Assembly: GCA_051294905.1 (NCBI GenBank)
Contig: CM119378.1
Location: forward strand, 806,001-870,000
Length of the DNA stretch: 64,000 nucleotides
Origin: Botryllus schlosseri
Lineage: Eukaryota
Reading direction: 5' to 3'
Shown here piece after piece: positions 13,501 through 28,500 of the stretch. Under the pieces are notes generated by a model. The model worked only from the letters and a program-made list of their open reading frames with translations. It was not told the origin of the DNA and ran no database searches. The position numbers were made by a program, and so were the translations under genes. Every line of letters begins with the position of its first letter. Within the stretch, counting starts at the first letter, position 1.

Positions 13501-16500
13501 GTTCCACACTTCAGTTGAGTGTGCAGGAAGAACGTGTCTTTATGTCGTCAAATCACGTTGATCTTCACTGTGTCGTAACACTTACTGAGCGCAGAAATCG
13601 ACAGCTTTTCAAAGCGGAAGGAAATAGGACCAATCCGTGGTAGCTGAATATAAACATGCTTGGTTGTTCGTTCGGTGTGCTCTGTTGACATTTTTGCTTT
13701 AAAGTGCGTTAATTTCCTCTAGAGGAAGGAAGAGGAAGGAGATTTCCTCTCGAGAGGAAATTAACGCAACTTGATTTTTACGACAGCCCAGCTGCTCTGA
13801 CTAAACTGTATACTAATTTCAATTTCAAGTGTAGTTTATAAACAGGGTTGCCATACCGTCCTTATTTCTAAGATTTGTCCTTATTTTGAAGGGTCACGTC
13901 TTAGAAAACTCAACTGTCCTTATTTCTAAGAAATGTCCTTATTTTCGACTTGCGTCCTTATTTTGTCTTATTTTCAACAACTACGATCGTTTTCCTTTGG
14001 CATCTGTGTAGCACAGGGGTTCTCAAAGGGTGGGCCACAGGAGCATTTGAGGTGGGCCACAAAGCTATTTAGAAAATTTTGGAATTAATATAAGTTTAGT
14101 TATATTTTTTATGTTAATCGCTAAAAATATATATTTATATAATCTAATAATACTTAGGCTACGTAAAGCTTTTCATCAGACTCTGATGAGACGCAGTGGC
14201 AGTATCGAGTCAGCATGTACAAGTCGAAAACGGGAGGTAGAAACGGCGGCATTTTCCACAGGCTATGACAACCTATACGGCTAACAGCAACTAAAATAAT
14301 TTCGAGTGGAAGGTAATGCTGAAGTAAACAAGTATTCCGGCATGGTCATATGTCGTATGCCGTTGAAAGGGGTGTGCAATAAACTCGGAACGAAATGTAA
14401 GTGATGTATAGATTTACTGTACTTATGCAAGTTGCATCATTGTAGGATAAAAATATCCAGTTATCCACACTTGCAAATTATTAGCAACTTCTGGTGGAGG
14501 TATACTGCACCACCGCAACAAATCGTAATGGATTGAGGATTTAGCGGAGCGCATTAATCTTTGGAGTCGGTTTAAAATGTCCGCCTGGAAATCATTGTAC
14601 ATAATGTAAGAGCCACATGAATTGATTGTATCATTGGATTGAATATTCTGACATCGCAACTTCAGTTGGTTTGGTACAAGACATACAATGTGCATTGTAC
14701 AGCAAGCATATTAAAAAATCTTTCTCCAGTTCCCTGTAGTACCCCATTCACCAATGAATTGTTTGTAGCTGACCCAGAATGATTAACTAAAATTCCAATC
14801 ACACAGTGGAAGCGTGCATTTGATCATTGTGTTTCGCGACGCGAATGGAGCAGCGGACGATCATAATATACACAGGAGTTTTGGCCTATGATCTGCCAGG
14901 GCCGTAACTGCTGCACCTTAAACCCCAATTGCGGGAGTTCGAAGTAGCCCAAGATTATTTCGTTGCGTCGTTTGTTGGAGGATATTTATTCGACTTGAAA
15001 ATTTTCGTCGCGCTTCGCGCGATTTCATGGGCCGAAAGGTCTACATGTAATTGTCATCAGTAAATTAAGAGATAAATGCGCATATTTTACAGAAATAGGC
15101 ATATCGGCGCCGTCGATTACCACGCATTTAACAGAATTATGACTCCAAGATGAGAGGTGGGCCACAGCACATTTTCAAATCGGAAAATGGGCCACGGCCA
15201 AGAAAGGGCTGAGAACCCCTGGTGTAGCATAATATTCTAAAATAATGATTTTGCGTCGACATTTCATGACATCAGAAATGAAAAGAATTTCCGATGTGTA
15301 CACACCACAGGATTTGACTTCTAAGTGGTGAGATCATAGTGTCCCAAAAGGTGTGGACACAGCGAGATTGAACGGCTCACTGCATCTGGGTTTACGTCAT
15401 ACTTTTCATTCGGCCAAAGGCAATTTTACGGCCATTTTTGACCGGCTTGCCAAGCGCTAACTTTAATAAAATGGGTAAGAATGGAAAGCTGCTACAGTAC
15501 TGATGACGAAAATATAAATTTTACTCTGTTCGTGACCCTGGAACCCCAAAAATCATCCTCGAATTTTCCATTTGTGACACAACAATTTGTCTGGCAGAAC
15601 GAGAGTGCAGCTCAAGAGAAAGAGCCAGACAGCATCGTTACATTACAAAGTCAAACTCCATCTCAATGCAAAATTCGAGGCTGACTTTTTTTTAGGAGGT
15701 GGGGTGGGGTGGTGGTGTGGTGGGTTCCAGGGCCATGAGCAGAACAAAGTTTATATTTTCGTAATCAATACAGCTTTCCATTGATAACCATTTTGTTGAA
15801 TTTAGCGCTCGGCAAGCCTGTCAAAATGGACGTAAGTTGAAATGACAGTCAAATCCCGGCTACCAGTAAAGGTAAACCAAACCTAGACCTCAGCTGTCGT
15901 GAGATCCATGAAGCACTTTCTAATAACAAGTAGTTGCTGGAGCAAATTATTTTGTCAAAAAGTATTCCAATCAAAGTAACAATATGGCATCATCTGTTGG
16001 TGGAGGATGCCAGTGTTAGCACATCACTGAAGCCACTGCAAAAACCACAGCATCAGGTTCTCTGTATCATAGCCAGAGCCTCAAAGGGACTGGGATGTGT
16101 GTCCGGCAAGTCACTGCTCAAACGATTCGTTGTCCTAAACATAAAAGATATGTGGAAACTAGAAATAGCCAAGTTTATGTATCAGTGCCACCGCCCCGAA
16201 AACTTCAATAACGTTACCTCGGTATCAAGGATGCACGACACATGCGCGTCCACGTCGTCCAACTACCATATGGTAGACAAAAAAACATCGTCGCTCCATC
16301 AAATATGCAGGTCACAATTTTTGGAACAATATCTCGCCAGCTATCCGACAATCATAGAGCATGTCCTGTCCACTTTCAATTCAAAATACAAACAATTTAT
16401 ACTGAATGAATCCTAGTTAGCCTTCTTGTTTACCGGATCACGACCTGACATATCGATCTCGCCTTCCGACGCATGCCACTTTTTTTCTCCTGTCCTTTTA

Positions 16501-19500
16501 TAGTATCTTCTTTTACTTTTCATTCAGTGTGCATGCCTTTTTTTACATCGCCTATGCCAAGGGGGGTGTCTGATTTCGAAGACTACTCCAAGTCGTTTCG
16601 ACACCTTCCTATATTTGATTGTCTCGCAGTCTGAGGTAAATTAAAATGACGAAATTATTAGCAATAAGATGAATTGAATGTGATATACCGCATAAATACA
16701 AACTAAATATGTACAAAAACGCTTTTTAATGCTAGTCTAACTTTTCGACCGTCCTTATTTTTGGGTCCATGTCGATGGCAACTGGCAACCCTGTTTATAA
16801 ATATAAGTGCCACTGTGATTGTGGCTACGTGAAAAAACGCAACAACGTTTGCAGGCCAGGACCGCATAAAACAACACGTCCCTAGATTTATTAGAACACG
16901 CGCATCGCGAAAGGTGAAAGGCTCACCCTTGGCTCATCCCCTGAAGCTTGATTCAAAACAGGCAAAGGCCATAAATTCTGCCATTGGTAAACATTTGTTG
17001 AATAATCCTGTTCGCGCGAAAAATGACCGATACGACAGATTTCTTGTTGTCGGGAGCGACAGTTCACACTTTCATTTGGGTGTCTTGGAGTCGACTTTTA
17101 TCAAAATGCACCAATCAAGTCTGTGCCTACAGAAGGAGTTCGTGTACCATCTAAAAATAGTGCATTGAGCTTAAGCTCTCTCTTCGCCCCGATTATTCGA
17201 AATTTTATGCCGGCGACGTCATATTTTGGCACACGATTGTTGATATACAATGTTCTTTCCAATTCTCTACTAGTTGTTGATGATTACCCCTTATGATTGT
17301 CAACCGAACACATGCGGGTCCATTACAATATGAGTATACTATTCAATTGTATATTGAAGTTCTGCATACTTCGAAGAATACCTTTGCCTTTTTGTTTTGT
17401 TTTGTGGGTAACGACTTATGTAATATAAAGCTCTGAGCTTGCGAGAATCGGCTTCGATTTCTCTGGCTCTGCTATATCGAGCCTCCCGTTTATATCTTGC
17501 TGATCATCCCACATTATATCAATTGAATTTTTGTTATGTATGTTATTGATGAATAAATGTTCTCCTCTCTCTTACAAGTGGGAGTATAGGCCTACTGAAT
17601 AAGTAAACTAGGAAGTATTATGAGCCCATAGTTTTCCCTAAATATATGAAAGCTGTCGAGTAAAAGTAGTCGAAAACCATAATTACGTACGTAAATTGTA
17701 AGTGGTGTGAGTAATCAATCCTTGCTTGAGCATTGCGAAAAAGTTGGGATACTACGTTACTGATGAGCCCCTGAATTTGACGATCCATAATCATTGCTAT
17801 TTCTTTTCAGCGGCCAACCGATACCAAGAGTCGATTATACCGAGCAAGAAATCAAGACATGGTCGGTCCATATCACTTCAGAAACGCCCCACGTGAACTG
17901 ACTCGCTACATTGTTGCAGGGGGACCATTCTGCGACATTTGATGGACTTGTATCCGACGCACGCGTGCAGGGAATTCAACCGCATCTTCCCGATACTTCA
18001 AGAGCAATGCGGCTTCCAAGAAGACAAAATACCGCAGCTGGAGGACGTGTCGCAGTTTCTGCAGAGTGCGTTAGGAGGCTGTGTGCAGACTTGGACAACT
18101 AGATGTTTCTAGTAGTCTAATTAGACCAGGGGTGTCAAACTCAAGTTGCGTCGCGGGCCGGATTCAAACCTTTGGATGGCTCGCGGGCCGGATCAATCAA
18201 ATGATTTCAAAATGCTACCTCAAAATCCATGCCCTCATTTTTCTTGAATCAATTGTTACTAAGCCCACCCCTACATACATAATCGTATATATTACATATA
18301 TCAGTGCTCTTCAACCTTTTTCGACGTGGTACACCCTTTTAAGGTTTGCTCAAAACTCGTACACCCCTGTTCATTAGGGGTCTTCAAACATGACTATTTT
18401 TCTCAAATCGTACTGGCTACTTGATAAAATTGTTAGGTTACCTAACTTAAGCCTACACACCAAATTTGGTTCAATTCCAACTAGTAGCCGCCTTGCTACG
18501 GGAGAGGAAAGTTTCTATTTACTATAAAAAAATAAATAACGAAAAATTTGAAATTTTTCTGTTCACCCCATGAAAGTATTAGATTGTCTATAAAAACTAT
18601 GTTCTTCAAATTTGCTTCAATTCCGACCAGTAGAAGCGGAGGTATTGCCGTCAAAAAAATTGGATTTGAATAAAATAGTATTTGGTCACAGAGTCTATTC
18701 GCAGCCAGTTAGGCAGCCCGCCACGCAAATTTGGGCTTACCATATTTTGGAAATCTAAAAAGACGACACTTTTTCAGAAATTTGAGACTTGCAAAACCGG
18801 AGAAGAATTCTAAAAAACCGGTGAATTTTTCCCACTTGGTGATCAATTGACTAAAAAAAAGGTCATATTTCCGCCCAGAGCTCAAAATATCGTTTTTCTC
18901 TCCGCATTGCTAGGTGGATGACTAAAAAAAAGGTCAACTTTTCACTCAGAGCTAAAATCACAGTTTTTCACTCCGAAATACCAGCCGGAGCGTCACTTCT
19001 GTGCTGATTTATGGCATATCAATTTGCTCTAAATCTGACCTAAATTTTCAAAAAAGAGGACAAAATCTCAAAAAAAGAAGACAAAAGGGCGTCCTCCGAG
19101 GACACTTTCAAAAAAGTCATAAAAGAGGACAAATCCTCGGTATGGTAACCCTACGCAAATTGGAATTTATTTCGTGTCAGAGCAAAAACAGCATGATATA
19201 ACGAACGATATTCAACCTAAATGTAACAGTATTGGGGGGAGAGTAGTTAAAGCTACTGCTGCAGAAGCGGTAATTCAGATCAGCGATGATAGCAGGTGCA
19301 CCAGCCTACTGCGCACCAGGCCTGCCACACACCACACACAGTCGATATAAGTAGCACATGGGCTGCAAGAGATGTCAGTAACCTCAGATCGTATGCCGCT
19401 ATACACAGTCTATTGTCGCTAATTTACATCACTTATAACAAAATACTAAATATGGCGAAAGATTGGACATACAATCGGCATTTTAAAACAAAAGGGTTTC

Positions 19501-22500
19501 GATTTCAATATGGAAGCTGTTTCGACCCTGGCTAGCTACGTCACTTCATTTATGTGCATTGCGGTATTTATTAGCGTCGGGTAGGAAGCACGGATTCAAA
19601 AAGTCTGAGCTATCGCGGCGGTTTCCTCACAAATCAATAAAATACAAATGACTAGCTGAACACATGTTTGTTAACTGCATACTTTACAACACCAAACGGA
19701 ACCATTGGTCTATTGCCGACGGCTAAATGAATAGAAGAAATATTTGCTTATGACATCACAATCAAGCGGTGCACAGTATTACACATGAGATAACATTGTG
19801 CCTTATTGCTCGTTAACCTGTGCGTCAACCTGTCTGTACTGACCTATAAACCGGCATTTGTGATAGCTAGCCATCGGCTCATTGTAATTTGGATCTGGTA
19901 CACCCCTGTACACCCCATCCGAGTGGTACACCCTTTGCGAATTCTGGTACACCCTAGGGTGTACGACCACCCCGGTTGAAGAGCACTGACATATATTACG
20001 TATTTTATGGATTCTATTCCACCAACACCTTTATTCGCAAATAATGGAAGTACGATAAAGTACGATAATTGGCCGGTGAAATAGTTATAAACCGCTTAAA
20101 CAATGGCTGTAACGACGACATATGTTGGCAAATTTATATGCCCCGTTTGATATAGCCGTAATCTGGCGGCAGCCGTGGGTATGCGTTGTGAGGAGTTAGC
20201 CCCGCGGTCGGTGGAAATAGGTTTATCAGTATTAAACCGCGACTTGGGTTTATGTGGAGGTCGGGGATCTTTTGAACGAAAACTGATATAGAACTGCGAT
20301 AACAAATATTTGAATTACATTTTTGTGGCTATTTTTCTTTATGTAACCTGCTTATACGGTTTCACATTGACGTTTTTGCTTCTGCGAATAACTACATTTG
20401 GCCCATATTGTAGACGTCAGTGTGCATGTGCACTTTTTGCCTTTACGGAATTGGGTGTCAGTATCTGCGATGGTTCCTAATAGCGATTAGAGTGAAACCT
20501 TGTAACACCGCTGTGGAACAGGTTTAAAGTGATCCATGATCATTGATCATACTCGACATTTGCTATCCTGACGGATGATTGCATTGAAGTATTTCTTACT
20601 AAAATTAAAAAAAAAATTGGGAATGTGCTGCATAATACAAGAATTTTTCCAATCTACTCAGAATTGCTTCGCGGGCCGGATAAAATCATCTGGCGGGCCG
20701 GATGTTTGACACCCCTGAATTAGACTGAAATGCCCGTGATCTAATTCTAATCTAATTTGTGAAACGTTTCTATGCTCTCATTTTAATTGTAATCTTATTT
20801 CTGGTTTACCTGAAAATGATACAGGAGAACAGTATAGTGCGAAACGAGCTAAGCTCTGTTTACAGACATTTGCCATTATCTTACTTGTAAAAATGAACCC
20901 TGATTTGGTATGAGCTGAACTTGATTTTTGTTGCATTTCTTTCTAATTAGAAATTGAATTCAATTTCAGAGTTTTTTTTACGAATTTAGTAATTCTAATT
21001 GCGATCTAATGTGAAGAAAAAAAGTGTATCTATGTATGTATTCACGGTCAGTATACGGTGGTGCTTATCGCCTTTTTAGGCCTGGTGCTCCACGACCCGA
21101 ATTTCATATTATTCATGGGGTCTTTGCTGTGGTAATCTCGTGGACGTCTTTCCCTCTTTCTCGCAGTCCTTTTTCAGTCGTGGTCTTTTCTGCCCACTTG
21201 TAGCTCGGCTCACTTTGCGCATACGTTTTCCAATGTAGCTATAATTTTCATTCTAATCTATATTGTGTGCAAAAATTGAATGACTTGCCGATGATTTCAG
21301 GAAGCACCGGCTGGCGCATTCGTCCCGTGGCGGGATTTCTTACGCCGCGAGACTTTCTGGCGGGCTTCGCTTTCCGCGTTTTTCACGCGACGCAGTACAT
21401 TCGCCATTGGTCGCAACCGCTTTTCACCCCAGAACCGTGAGTTTCCCTCCGGCGTACGCGCAATTTCACGAACGTATCATCCTAGTTTTTGCGCTCAGGG
21501 ATATTTGCCACGAGCTGATCGGTCACGTGCCGTTTCTCGCCGACCCTTCATTCGCGCGCTTTTCGCAAGAAGTCGGTCTGGCTTCGCTAGGCGCGCCAGA
21601 TGATTGGATCGAAAAACTTGTCACGGTAAGTTGCTGTTCCCTTTCGAGTCATCCATGGTCAGATTTGCCATATCGCCGTGATTTCAGCGCGAATAATGCC
21701 GATTTTCGACTTTGAATGACAATTTTAAGGTGGTTCCCAGTCAACAAAATAGGAAGCAATCGCCCGGCGTATCGATGCCAAAATGATGCTTCAAGAGATA
21801 CACTTTTCGCACTTCAGCTGCAGACTCATTAACCCTTTCATTGCCGCGCATTAACCCTCTCGCTACTGCAACTTACAACCGCTGGTACCCCTATCTTTAC
21901 CTGAATCATTGTTGCTTTCTGGCAGACATATTGACCCTTGTGCTGCAAAACTTCACAATTTGACAATATGTTTTCATTGTCGTGTTAGTTATAATAAAAT
22001 CCACCACGATCATATATACAAATACCAGACAGACAGTCATATATAATGCATGGAACAACACATTCATTTCAGTCGAACAGAGAGATCTTCTTTCCGAGAC
22101 AAGTTTGACACAACTATTCCAGTTCTTGAGATGAGCATATCTTCTCTGTTGAATTGGAATAGGGACGAAATATGGTTTATCAAACAAGTCTGTACCTTGG
22201 CGGGAAGAATAGGATCAAGGCAACGCTGAGCTACCATCAGCAACCTACATACTGTGTGGCACGCTAACTTTATTCAGAACGCAATTTATTTCTGCCAAGT
22301 TTAGGCATGGTGTCGTCTCTGATATCTGGGTAATTCTTCTGGCCTCATATTCCTGCGATGTACTGTCAGCCAGATAGCATTAGTAGAGATAGTCGGCTGA
22401 TCGTGCACATTGTCGCTCCAGGTTGAACCAATGCTCGGAGGACGATATTTTATAAACTGCTGCCTTCGCCATCGCTGTATTCTTTTCAATTCAGCATCAG

Positions 22501-25500
22501 ATTTATACGGATATTTGGACGTATCGCAATCACTTCATGGCTTCAGTCTCTATCGTAAAATGAAGGCTAAATATATCAACAAAATAACTCGTATATCTAC
22601 TGAAATGAGTATCACAAATATCAATCAGAAATTATTACAAGATATAGTATTTGGTAAATGCGAAACGTTGTATAACGAACATCATTGATTCTAAATCTGG
22701 GGTGTCAAACATACGGCCCGCGAGCCGCAACCGAACCGCCAGGTGATTTCATCCGACCCGCGAAGCAATTCTGAGTAGATTGAAAAATTCTTACATTATC
22801 CAACACATTTTCAACAAATCTTGAGATTTTTGCCGGAAATACTTCCATTAAATATTTCATCAAGACAGCAAATGTTCATAGGCCACATTATTACCACACG
22901 ACGTTGTGGTCTCACTCTACTCGCGATTTCATAATATTAAACCAAATTCCATCAACGCCCGCGTTTACAGTTAAATATCTTGTATTCTTCACAACGCATA
23001 TCTAACGGCATATCACGACTAAAGCAAATTAGAGCATAGAAATATGCCAATTGATATCGTCGTTAGCGCCTCTGTTACCGGTTCTTACCTGTATTCAATC
23101 AGACAATCATCCTAGTTTTGCTTTGCCAATTCCATTGTTCGCGAATAAAAGTGTTGCGACTTGCTAGAATAAAACCCTATGATCCGTGTATTATCTATAT
23201 ATGCCAGATAATAAAGTATTAAAGTGAAAAGCGAGGGCATGCAGGAGGTCACATTTTGGAATCACTTTACTTGTCCGCCCCGCGAGTAGGGCTGGGCACA
23301 ATGATTCGAGTACTCGAATCTGAATCGAGTAATTATTTTAATGATTCGAGTCGAGTAGCAAAATACGATTTTTTTTCGAGTACTAAAATTATACGCTCTT
23401 CGCTGAAAGTTATTTTATAAACGATAATTATGGTTTCAATACTATTTTCACTGCGGAAACCTTGAAACCTAGATTGGCCGTATCACAGCAGATACGAAAC
23501 ACATAGTACAAACAAAGCCAGGGCCGTTACTAGAAAACATTTACGAAGTCATGATCCTCCCACAGCATTGTCACAAAGTGCAATGGAGCCGGTAGGGTCG
23601 GAGAAATACCAAAGTATCTCTAATGTGATGGATAACAGGCATTATATTCTTTGTGGTGGCACAAAAGGTACATATTTGAAGTTTGACATAGCACATTCAG
23701 TTGCATTTCGCTGTGACGTCATAATGAGTGATACTCGAATACTCGACTCGACTCGAACCAAAATACGTGATTCAGAATCGAATCACTCAGGTACTCGATT
23801 TTGCCCAGCCCGACCCGCGAGCGATTTGAAGGCTTGAATCCGGCCGCGACCCAATTTGAGTTTGACACCCCTGTTCTGAATTCATTCACAGACATTGTAG
23901 ACACAGGCAATATATGGTTTGAGAATATCCCATGTTTCGTTACCAATGCATACCTTAATGATTGTACTAACAGAAGATGTCAAAGCTATAACCACAACAC
24001 GCGAAGATTCGGTAAGGGGTTACGACACTCTATCGCGGTTTAGCATTACAAATATCAACGGACAGGTAGTACGCATTATGTTCAGAGCTCCAATATCTTG
24101 ACCAATATCACACTGTTCACTGAAATCTGACATTTCAGTCCACGGAAAAAGTAAAGTAAGCATTTATATCAACTCCAATTTACAAGCCTACTACAAACAA
24201 GCATGTTAATCAGACTGAACTGCTACACGAAACACCATTTAACTACATCAACTTATCTCAACGAAGAACTTCATTCTTATTCTCTTCCATCGCTATAATA
24301 TCGGAAATACAATTCGCCGGTACGGACGGAATATAATTTAAACTCAAGTGTGCAGCGGTAAACAACATCCGATGACTTATGACATCACAATCACTCCACG
24401 CTCAAGTGCTCGATAACCTGGCAGAAGGAACGTCACGGTGAAGCCGCGTGATAATCATGCGCAATTTGATTAATTAATAATGTTGACACCAATCTGTCGG
24501 GCCGTCGATTCAGGAAGAACAATCGATCTTTTGAATTCGAGTGCGATCAGTTTTTGTACATCAAAAGTGCCGCCTCACTATAGTGAGAAAACTTCGCCTA
24601 GTCCGGCATTGAATATACACACTTTTGTTGACTGGGTTGCAGTGCCCTTGAGCTATTTTCTGAATCAGTATCAGAGTAAGACCACTTTATCAGTACAACC
24701 CGACCGATCATTATCGGTTCGCCGATAATGTCGAGTCGATACCACACGTTGAAGGAAATATCGGTATTAGGGATAAAAATATCGGCAATTTTCGTGAAGT
24801 CACTTTATGGTAGTGCGGTTTTGGCGAACTATAATCTGCGACTGTTAGTCTGAAAATATTGACCAATTTTTTATAGCTTACACGTGTCCAGATGCAGCAT
24901 TTCTAGTTTATTTCATGCCCGAGCACTGTACAGCAATTGCTGCAAAGCTGTTCAAATAAATGCTCTTTTGAGATGCAATGCACCTTAAAAGTTGGATGCA
25001 ATATCTCTTCAATATTGGCTGAACGTATCGGCATTACCGGTGAAGGTGCTAGCTATCAGTTTTATGGTATCGGCTCAAAAATATGATATCGATCGGCATC
25101 TATTACGTGTTTACGAACCTACGTAAATTGTTTGCTATACAATTTTGCTTAACCGTGTTTCGCATCTATCGTAAGTTAGTTTTCTATAATCTGATCGCCA
25201 TGGTTTCAGTGTTACTGGTTCACGGTCGAGTTCGGTCTCTGCCGACAAGACGGTCAGTTGAAGGCGTACGGAGCAGGGCTCTTGTCGTCTTTCGGAGAAC
25301 TCAAGTATTGCCTTTCGGATAACCCGGAGATTAGGGAATTCGACCCGGAGAAGACCGGGATTCAGGTAGGTCCGTATTTTGCGAGTGTACAAACACGTTT
25401 CAATTCAAGATTGATTTATTTTTTTCATTTTATCAACGTAAAACATTGAATTTGGCAATCTCGCCATTTTCCTTTGGGGGCAGGTTGCTCCCCGGATTAT

Positions 25501-28500
25501 GTGTGTATTTACCAGTTTTACTGTGAATAAAGAATATAAAAATAAAACTGCGCGATACCTTACTCAAAACCAAGACTTTACTTCCGATTTTATGTATTTG
25601 GTGCTATAAGGTACCTGAGTTTATCTAAAATTACTAATAATGTATATTAGACAGTGTACCTGTTGGATACTGGTGTGACCAGTATGGTTTACATCACGGG
25701 TCAGCACCAACACGCGGCCCGCGACCTGATTTGAAATTTCGGAAGAACGCTTCTTCGTGAAGCATTTTGAAATGCTGAAATTGATTTCAGTTTGAACAAA
25801 TTTTTGTTATTGTTCAAAGTAAGCTATTCTCCTGTCCTCAATACCACTAAAACTATAGCTGATACGGCTTCGGCGATGGTAATATCCAGTGTTGGGATGA
25901 CTCGAGTCATGACTTGACTCGAGTCAGACTCGAGTCAACTTTTTCGAATGACTTGACTTGACTCGAGTCACTTTGCTAAAATGACTTGACTTGACTTGAC
26001 TCGGAGCATCAAAAATGTGCATTGACTCGTGACTCGGAGCAAAATTCACGAGTCAATTTCAAGTCATCAAGTAATCGATGTCGATAAAAATCATTGTATC
26101 TTACATATGGTCGGATTGCTCGCGAAACGCTGGTGTAACCCGTGAGAGCTACTAATCATTCAAATGATCGTGCGTTTTACTGAGCCTCCATTTTTCTCTC
26201 ACAAATATATTGACCGCAAACGAAGTGATCGAAGCTTATAGATTAAGATGTCGAAAGTAGCAAAATGTATATTTCTGTTCTCTGTTCTTACCTTACCAAA
26301 CCTCTTGTTTTATTGAAATTGAATTCGAATATAGTTTATAGTCATCAACCATTGGCGCAGGCTCGAATTGTATCATGTCAATTTGTAATTGGGTAATGTA
26401 CTGCATCTTATCAATTCCTTTCTTTATTTTCGCTGGTAACTAAATAATGAGGCTGTACAATTACTGACGTAGTTTAGCAGTTCTACGTATAGCCTATGTG
26501 AGCGATACGGCGCCTTATTGCGTGTATATTTAACTCTATATTCGTTCATTGGTTCAGAATCAATGATCACTCAATCTGTATTTCAGACAGCCAGCAAAAT
26601 GCAATGACGTAATCATGCCTCATACTTCGAAAAGGCAACTTGACTTGAATTGTGACTTGACTCGTGACTTGACTTGACTCGACTCGACTTGACTCGAGTC
26701 ACCTCCAAAAATCGAGTGACTTGATTCGACTCGAGTCACCTTCGAAAATCGATTGACTTGACTTGACTCGAGTCAAAATGTGCAATGACTCGAAATGACT
26801 CGTGACTCGAAGGTAGTGACTTGATCCCAACACTGGTAATATCATTATATGGAGGAAGAATTTGCTGATATGAACGGGCATATAGCCTTGGCGTGCAATG
26901 GCCCCTCGCTGCCAAGACCGAGACGCTTAGAATACGACTTCGGCCTCCCAAAAAGACCAAACCTTACGAAGAGATAGTTTTCCGGCAAGTACCGTGCCTA
27001 ACCCCGGCCAATCTGTTGCAGTGAAAGGAATATTATGCGGCCGTCGACACTTGATTCGATTAGGATGTGTTGGCGGCCCTCAATATGTAAATTGAATTTA
27101 CGAATTGACTCCCTAATTAACAAGAGGTTTGAATTATTTTTGAAATTTTTTTTCGCAATACGCGCGATTCAATGCGAGTGGTTTTCGATTTTAATATAGT
27201 AGGCTAGTGTCCTTTGTAATCTGAGCCCCACAGTACACATGCGAACAGCCGGGAGAAATGATATGTCCCATTAAGAAATACCAATTTGTGATCGTGTTAT
27301 CCTCGTCACGAAGTAAATTTGTTTCTGATAGTCCTACGTTTGTGAGAATCCAATATATTTCCACTCTACCGACAATCCTGATGGGAGGTCAAGAAATAAC
27401 AGCATGCAACAAAGGTCCACAACAGGTATATACAATTAAATAGTATATTGAAGTTCTGTACCTCCAAGAAGCTCTTCAAACAGGTATATATAGAACTATA
27501 TATCCCTGGTCCACAATAACAATTGGTCTACCCAAAGATGCAGCACAGAATTAATAACTTCCCTAAATTTATGAAGACTCCTCCTACATCAACTCTACCG
27601 GTAAATCTGATCACATGGGCTGAGAATAGATAAATATTTGACAGTGATATGTGAAATTATACTAATATTAAAGACGAAATTCCTACATGAATATGAAAAA
27701 CTTTTCGCGCTTCGCTCACGATTTCCGTGCTCATAGAAAGCCGATACGAGTAAATAGATTAGTCCGGAGTTTGCTGACAATGGACAATTGGACATGGACA
27801 CTGGACAGTTTAAGGTGGGAATTGGGCCTCCAGTAAGCTCATTACGATTATGCACTGGAATACGGTAATCAAAATGCGGCCGTGAATGGCAAAAAGGTTG
27901 GCGACCCGTGCTTTAGTTGCTGAAGAGTGTTGTCGGGTGTCGTGCGCTGCTCATAGTTCAAAATAGAATGAAAGTGATGATTTTGATATTTTTCGTTGTC
28001 TTTGTATTTCTTCAATAAATATTATTTATTTTGAGCACAGCGTTCTTGACGGAGAGTTATCAAAAGGGGGTTGTTAAACTACGTTGCCTATTTTTATTTC
28101 GATATTGAAGTCATGCGGCCCGCGACCTCTACGAATTTTGAAAAGTGGCTCGCGACCTGTTTTGAGTTTACATCTAAGATCTTATCTATCATTCCTATCC
28201 TATACCAAATATTGTGTTTACTTTTTTTCTGTATCATTACTGTGGCTGCTTGTTTGTCATGTTTTCGGTAAGTTAAAGTAAAAGTCTTTCTCTCAAGCCT
28301 TATACCATCACGGAATATCAGCCTATTTATTACGTCACCGAGAGTTTTGAAGACGCGAAGTCAAAACTGCAGAAATTCTGCGATCAGATTCCGAGGCCGT
28401 TCGTCCCCAAATACAATCCTTACACGCTGGAAGTGGAAATTCTCGACAATAAAGATAAGATCTTTAATCACGCCGCCAAACTGAAAGGTGACGAGAGAAT

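Noticed and set aside
15934..16416. 160-aa ORF as a host gene
   Set aside because: Degenerate C-terminus of a LINE ORF2 directly followed by the repeated LINE 3' UTR.
25895..26830. Regular GACTT/GACTCGAGTC arrays that might suggest a CRISPR array
   Set aside because: No constant repeat plus unique spacer structure, no cas genes, eukaryotic context; they are subterminal repeats of a MITE with TIRs and TSD.
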